64,000 bases of DNA, from NCBI GenBank assembly GCA_003153935.1, contig PMCA01000004.1, forward strand, positions 19,933 through 83,932, in the 5' to 3' direction. Below, one piece after another: positions 60,205 to 64,000 of the stretch; position 1 is the first letter of the stretch; every line of letters starts with the position of its first letter. The notes beneath the pieces were generated by a model. It saw only the letters and a list, made by a program, of their open reading frames with translations. It was not told the DNA's origin and did not search any database. The translations under genes and the position numbers were made by a program. The stretch comes from Elusimicrobiota bacterium. Lineage in GTDB: Bacteria; CAYTYR01; UBA6262.

Positions 60205-61452
60205 ATGAAAAAACTATGCTTGCTGTTATTAATGTTCTTTAGCCTGTGCGGATTTAGATACAACGATGTGGAATATCCTATGCCTGATTACAGCCGAAAT
60301 TCGGCCGAGTGGCACGCGCGTAACGACGCCTATATCCCCGGGGAGGCGGAGCTGCAGGCGATCATGGGCCGGGCCAGCGAGAATAAATTTAAATTCGCCA
60401 TGAAAAGCGATGATTATGACGGCGATGGGATCCCCAACCAATATGATCCTTCGCCCTATGACTGGCGCGAGACTGGCTACAATCCCTTCGGAGCCCTAGC
60501 TTTCCTGAACTGGGATCACCAGTGGAATTATTTCGCTTATAAGGGCAAGAACCTGGACCAGGCGATAGCGTCTATCAAAAAAGCCGGTATTACTTTTGTG
60601 CGCGTCGATTTTTCCTGGGGCGACATAGAAATGGAACAGGGGAAGCTTAATTTTGAAAAATACGACCGCATGGTGAAACTGTTAAGTGACAATAATATCA
60701 GGATACTGGCCATCTTTTCCTATTGCGCCGGCTGGGCCTCGTCCAGCCCGGATTATCTCTGGTGCTTCCCTCCCAAAGAGAATAAATTCTTTACCGATTA
60801 CGTTACCGCGGTGGTCAAGCGTTATAAAAATAAGGTCAAATACTGGGAAGTGTGGAACGAGCCGGATTCACGCACCTATTGGCGGCCCCAGGACATGCTG
60901 GTGTCTTATGCTACTTTGTTGAAAGAGACCTACCTGGCGGCTAAAAAAGAGGACCCCAGTTGTAAAATACTGGTCGGCGGCCTGGCCGAAGGGTATAAGC
61001 TGGAATGGCTTTATAAAGCCGGCGGCCAGGACTATTTTGACATCGTCAATTTCCATGTTCTGATCTCACCTCTGCGGCCGTCTCCTTTTAAAGCGGCGCA
61101 AAGCGCTATCGTTCAGGTGCGGAAAATAATGGCCAGGTTCGGCGATGAAAAAAAACGCATGTGGATCACGGAGCTGGGCTGTCCAGGGGTTCCCAAGGAC
61201 CTGCCTATCCAGCAATGGTGGAACGGGCCTAACCCCGATGAGCAGCAGCAGGCGGATTGGGTGAAAGCGGTTTATACCGATCTGGTCAAAGAAGAGCGGG
61301 TAGATAAGATATTTTGGGCCTTTTTCCGGGATACCAAGAACCATTTTGGCAACGGAGTGGATTTCTTTGGGCTGGTGCGGGATGATTTTTCGGAGAAGCC
61401 AAGTTACCTGGCGTTGAAGGAAATAACCAAAAAATGGAAAGGACCCAGATGA
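60205..61452 (+). CDS. Exported clan GH-A glycoside hydrolase (GH5/GH39-like), copy 1
   Basis: VRVDFSW, WEVWNEPD (acid/base), WITELG (nucleophile), FGL; DxDxDG loop. Confidence 0.85.
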   Translation: MKKLCLLLLMFFSLCGFRYNDVEYPMPDYSRNSAEWHARNDAYIPGEAELQAIMGRASENKFKFAMKSDDYDGDGIPNQYDPSPYDWRETGYNPFGALAFLNWDHQWNYFAYKGKNLDQAIASIKKAGITFVRVDFSWGDIEMEQGKLNFEKYDRMVKLLSDNNIRILAIFSYCAGWASSSPDYLWCFPPKENKFFTDYVTAVVKRYKNKVKYWEVWNEPDSRTYWRPQDMLVSYATLLKETYLAAKKEDPSCKILVGGLAEGYKLEWLYKAGGQDYFDIVNFHVLISPLRPSPFKAAQSAIVQVRKIMARFGDEKKRMWITELGCPGVPKDLPIQQWWNGPNPDEQQQADWVKAVYTDLVKEERVDKIFWAFFRDTKNHFGNGVDFFGLVRDDFSEKPSYLALKEITKKWKGPR

Positions 61453-62705
61453 GTAAATTGAGAAACATCTTGTTAAGCGGTTTTATCATAGTCTTTTTAT
61501 GCGGGTTCAAGTTTAACGGGGTGGAATACCCATTACCCGATTATTCCCAAAATTCCGCGGCCTGGCACGCGCGCAATGATGCCCTGATCCCCGGGGAGGA
61601 AGAACAAAAAGCGATCATGGAGCTGGCGGCGGCTAACGGAGTCGTTTTTAACCTGCAGAGTGATGATTATGACGGCGATGGCGTGCCGAACCAGTATGAT
61701 CCCTCGCCTTATGACTGGCGCGAGACTGGGTATGACCCCTTTGCCGTGCTGGCCTTCCTTAATTGGAGCCATGACTGGAACAGTTACGCTTACCAGGGCG
61801 ATAAGTTGGACCAGGCGGTAGCGGTCATGGCCAAAAGCGGCATCCCTTTTGTGCGCATGGATTTTTCCTGGGAGGATATACAGCCCAGCGAAGGAGAATG
61901 GCAGTTCGATAAATACGATCGCATAGTCAAGCTGTTGACCGATAATAATATCCGGATCCTGGGCATAGTATCTTATTCCGCCACCTGGGCCTCCTCCAAC
62001 AAGGATCACCTTTGGAATTATCCTCCCAAAGATGATAAATATTTCACGGACTACGCGGTCGCAGTCATCAGCCGCTACAAAAACAAAGTTAAATACTGGG
62101 AAGTGTGGAACGAGCCGGATTCGCGTTCTTACTGGGTGCCGCAGGATATGCTGGTCGGCTATACCCAAATATTAAAGGAAACATACGCTGTCGCCAAAAG
62201 AACCGATCCCAGCTGTAAAATAGTACTGGGAGGCCTGGCCGACGCCTGGAAAATTGACTGGATATATAAGAATGGCGGCAAAGATTATTTTGATGTCGCC
62301 AATATCCATATCCTGATATCACCCCTGAACGACGCTCCCTTGTCTGTGGTCAAGAGCAGCATCAACCAGGTTAGAAAAACCATGGTCCGGTTTGGCGACG
62401 GTGAAAAAAGTATCTGGATCACCGAGTTGGGCTGTCCGGGAGTGCCGAAGAAAATGAAGTCCCTGCGCTGGTTTGCCGGGATGAGCCCCAATGAAAAGCA
62501 GCAAGCCGAGTGGCTGGGCCAGGTTTACCGGGAAATACCGAAGGAACCGCTGGTGGATAAAGTCTTCTGGGCTTTTTTCCGTGATTCAGGGGGTTATTTT
62601 AAAAATGGAGTGGATTATTTCGGGCTGATCAGGTGGGATTTTTCGGAAAAACCAAGTATGCTGGAATATGAAAAGGTAATAAAGAGTTGGCAAGGACTAA
62701 AATAA
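61449..62705 (+). CDS. Exported clan GH-A glycoside hydrolase, copy 2
   Basis: Same motifs; ATGA overlap with copy 1. Confidence 0.85.
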   Translation: MSKLRNILLSGFIIVFLCGFKFNGVEYPLPDYSQNSAAWHARNDALIPGEEEQKAIMELAAANGVVFNLQSDDYDGDGVPNQYDPSPYDWRETGYDPFAVLAFLNWSHDWNSYAYQGDKLDQAVAVMAKSGIPFVRMDFSWEDIQPSEGEWQFDKYDRIVKLLTDNNIRILGIVSYSATWASSNKDHLWNYPPKDDKYFTDYAVAVISRYKNKVKYWEVWNEPDSRSYWVPQDMLVGYTQILKETYAVAKRTDPSCKIVLGGLADAWKIDWIYKNGGKDYFDVANIHILISPLNDAPLSVVKSSINQVRKTMVRFGDGEKSIWITELGCPGVPKKMKSLRWFAGMSPNEKQQAEWLGQVYREIPKEPLVDKVFWAFFRDSGGYFKNGVDYFGLIRWDFSEKPSMLEYEKVIKSWQGLK

Positions 62706-62720
62706 AAAGGAGGCAGGATC

Positions 62721-63332
62721 ATGAAACGAATGTCAGTGTTGATCGGCGCTATTTTACTGGCCATTCCGGCGCTATTGCTGGCGGAACAACCCGCTATTAA
62801 GGGCGGGAATCCGCAGAACCAGAAGTTCAGGCAACAGCAGCTTACCGAAAGGCAGCAGCATAGGCAAAGCCAACAGGAGGAAAATAAGCAGCTCCGGGAA
62901 AGCCTGAAGGGTAAAACCCCGGCAGAGAAAAAGGCTGCCATGGAACAGAATCGCGAAACCCAATACACTGAAAATAAAGCTTTCAACCAGAAGCAGCACG
63001 ATGAGAATGTGGCTTATTTGCAGCAGCGCCTGGCCGGAAATACCAAGTTAACCGACGCCCAAAAGAACGAGCTGATCAGCTTTTATGAACAGCAATACGG
63101 TGAAAATGTCAGTTATCGCGACCAGCAGCATAAGGAGAACATGGATTTCTTCGAGTCAATAGCCGGGAACCAGAATATGACCATGGAGCAGAAAAAAGCG
63201 GCGATTCAGGCCCATCATCAGGAACAAAAGAGTGAAAACCAGGCTCATCACACAACCCAAGTAGCGGAAAGAAAAGCGGAACATCAGAAGGTAAAAGGAG
63301 AAGTGAAATCTGCAGCGCCAGTAACTAAATAA
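62721..63332 (+). CDS. Secreted Q/E/K/H-rich helical protein
   Basis: AGGAGG SD; signal peptide; internal repeat (..EN...ES...T.E.KKAA). Confidence 0.8.
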   Translation: MKRMSVLIGAILLAIPALLLAEQPAIKGGNPQNQKFRQQQLTERQQHRQSQQEENKQLRESLKGKTPAEKKAAMEQNRETQYTENKAFNQKQHDENVAYLQQRLAGNTKLTDAQKNELISFYEQQYGENVSYRDQQHKENMDFFESIAGNQNMTMEQKKAAIQAHHQEQKSENQAHHTTQVAERKAEHQKVKGEVKSAAPVTK

Positions 63333-64000
63333 TTAACCCAGGATTACTTCCAGAGTGTTTAAATCTTCCCGGGCGGCGGCCAGGAAAGCGGCCCGAGTTA
63401 CCAGGGCGGAAGAACTCTCCAGCGGTTTAAATCCCAGCAGGTTGCCGTTCAATTTAATTTCCTGAATGGCATAACGGCTGAATTCAAGTTTTTGCGGATT
63501 ATGATAGATCACTTTAATCTTGTGGTCGGCAAAAGCCGTAGTGAGAGAAATTTCGCCCAGTTCTTTTACCTGCCTGCCGGCGAACTTGGGAGCGATCTTA
63601 AGGTCGCCGTAATGACCCTTGACCCCGCAGACTTCCTCCAACATGGTAACTATCAGCCAACTCGCTGACCCGGTCAGGTAATGGTACAGACCGCGTCCGG
63701 CGGCGTTGAAATATTCGGGCACCCCCGGATATATCTTGCTGTGTTTGGTATCCAGAGCCATCCGATAGATGGAATTGAGCACTTCATAGCCTTCATTAAC
63801 AAACCCGCGTGTATATAAACCATAAGCTAGCATGACGCACATGTGATTGAAGAAAGCCCCATTCTCCTTATCTCCGTAAGAGAAAGAAAAGGCCCGTCCC
63901 AAATTCAGCTGCAATTCGTGGAAGTTAGTGTTAAGCCGGAACCCTCCCAGCTTCTTATCCTGCAAATATTTCTTGATAGTGCCGAAGGCCGCCGTGATCT
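63333..64000 (-). CDS. GH94-type glycoside phosphorylase C-terminus (laminaribiose-phosphorylase-like); 5' part is off-window
   Basis: GGFRLNTNF, YGDKENGAFFNHM, IYPGVPEYF, YLTGSASW. Confidence 0.8.
   Translation of the reverse strand, partial: ITAAFGTIKKYLQDKKLGGFRLNTNFHELQLNLGRAFSFSYGDKENGAFFNHMCVMLAYGLYTRGFVNEGYEVLNSIYRMALDTKHSKIYPGVPEYFNAAGRGLYHYLTGSASWLIVTMLEEVCGVKGHYGDLKIAPKFAGRQVKELGEISLTTAFADHKIKVIYHNPQKLEFSRYAIQEIKLNGNLLGFKPLESSSALVTRAAFLAAAREDLNTLEVILG

Overview
Gene-dense chromosomal window (~60 CDS) from a diderm bacterium (TolC, porin, SurA-like), probably anaerobic (DUF39/NIL-ferredoxin homocysteine route) and likely from a little-studied lineage (inference). I found no rRNA, tRNA, CRISPR array, integrase or transposase. 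Left to right: LPP20-like lipoprotein and M23 peptidase; a beta-propeller/ThDP-enzyme/histidine-kinase operon; a candidate ~80-nt sRNA; GH57-like, HEAT, HD-GYP, HEAT and acyl-CoA ligase genes; mfd-prsA-surA-pdxA-rsmA; a Cys/Met cluster with an Rrf2 regulator and visible operators; a Cus-type efflux system with a stand-alone CuA-motif protein; iscR-iscS-nfu, an unannotated Cys-rich 23-aa ORF and nadA; a large phosphate locus (two Pst systems, arsC, porin, PhoB-like receiver-only protein, phoBR); a divergent PHP-hydrolase/glycolipid-synthase pair behind Pho-like boxes; GAF-GAF-ANTAR; mnmG; tandem clan GH-A hydrolases; a GH94 phosphorylase. Best novelty candidates: the Pho-boxed PHP + glycosyltransferase lipid-remodelling module, the asymmetric PstB heterodimer, the PhoB-derived receiver-only protein, the ThDP-enzyme/kinase pair, the Cys-rich peptide and the sRNA. 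All calls come from reading motifs by eye; no database search was run.
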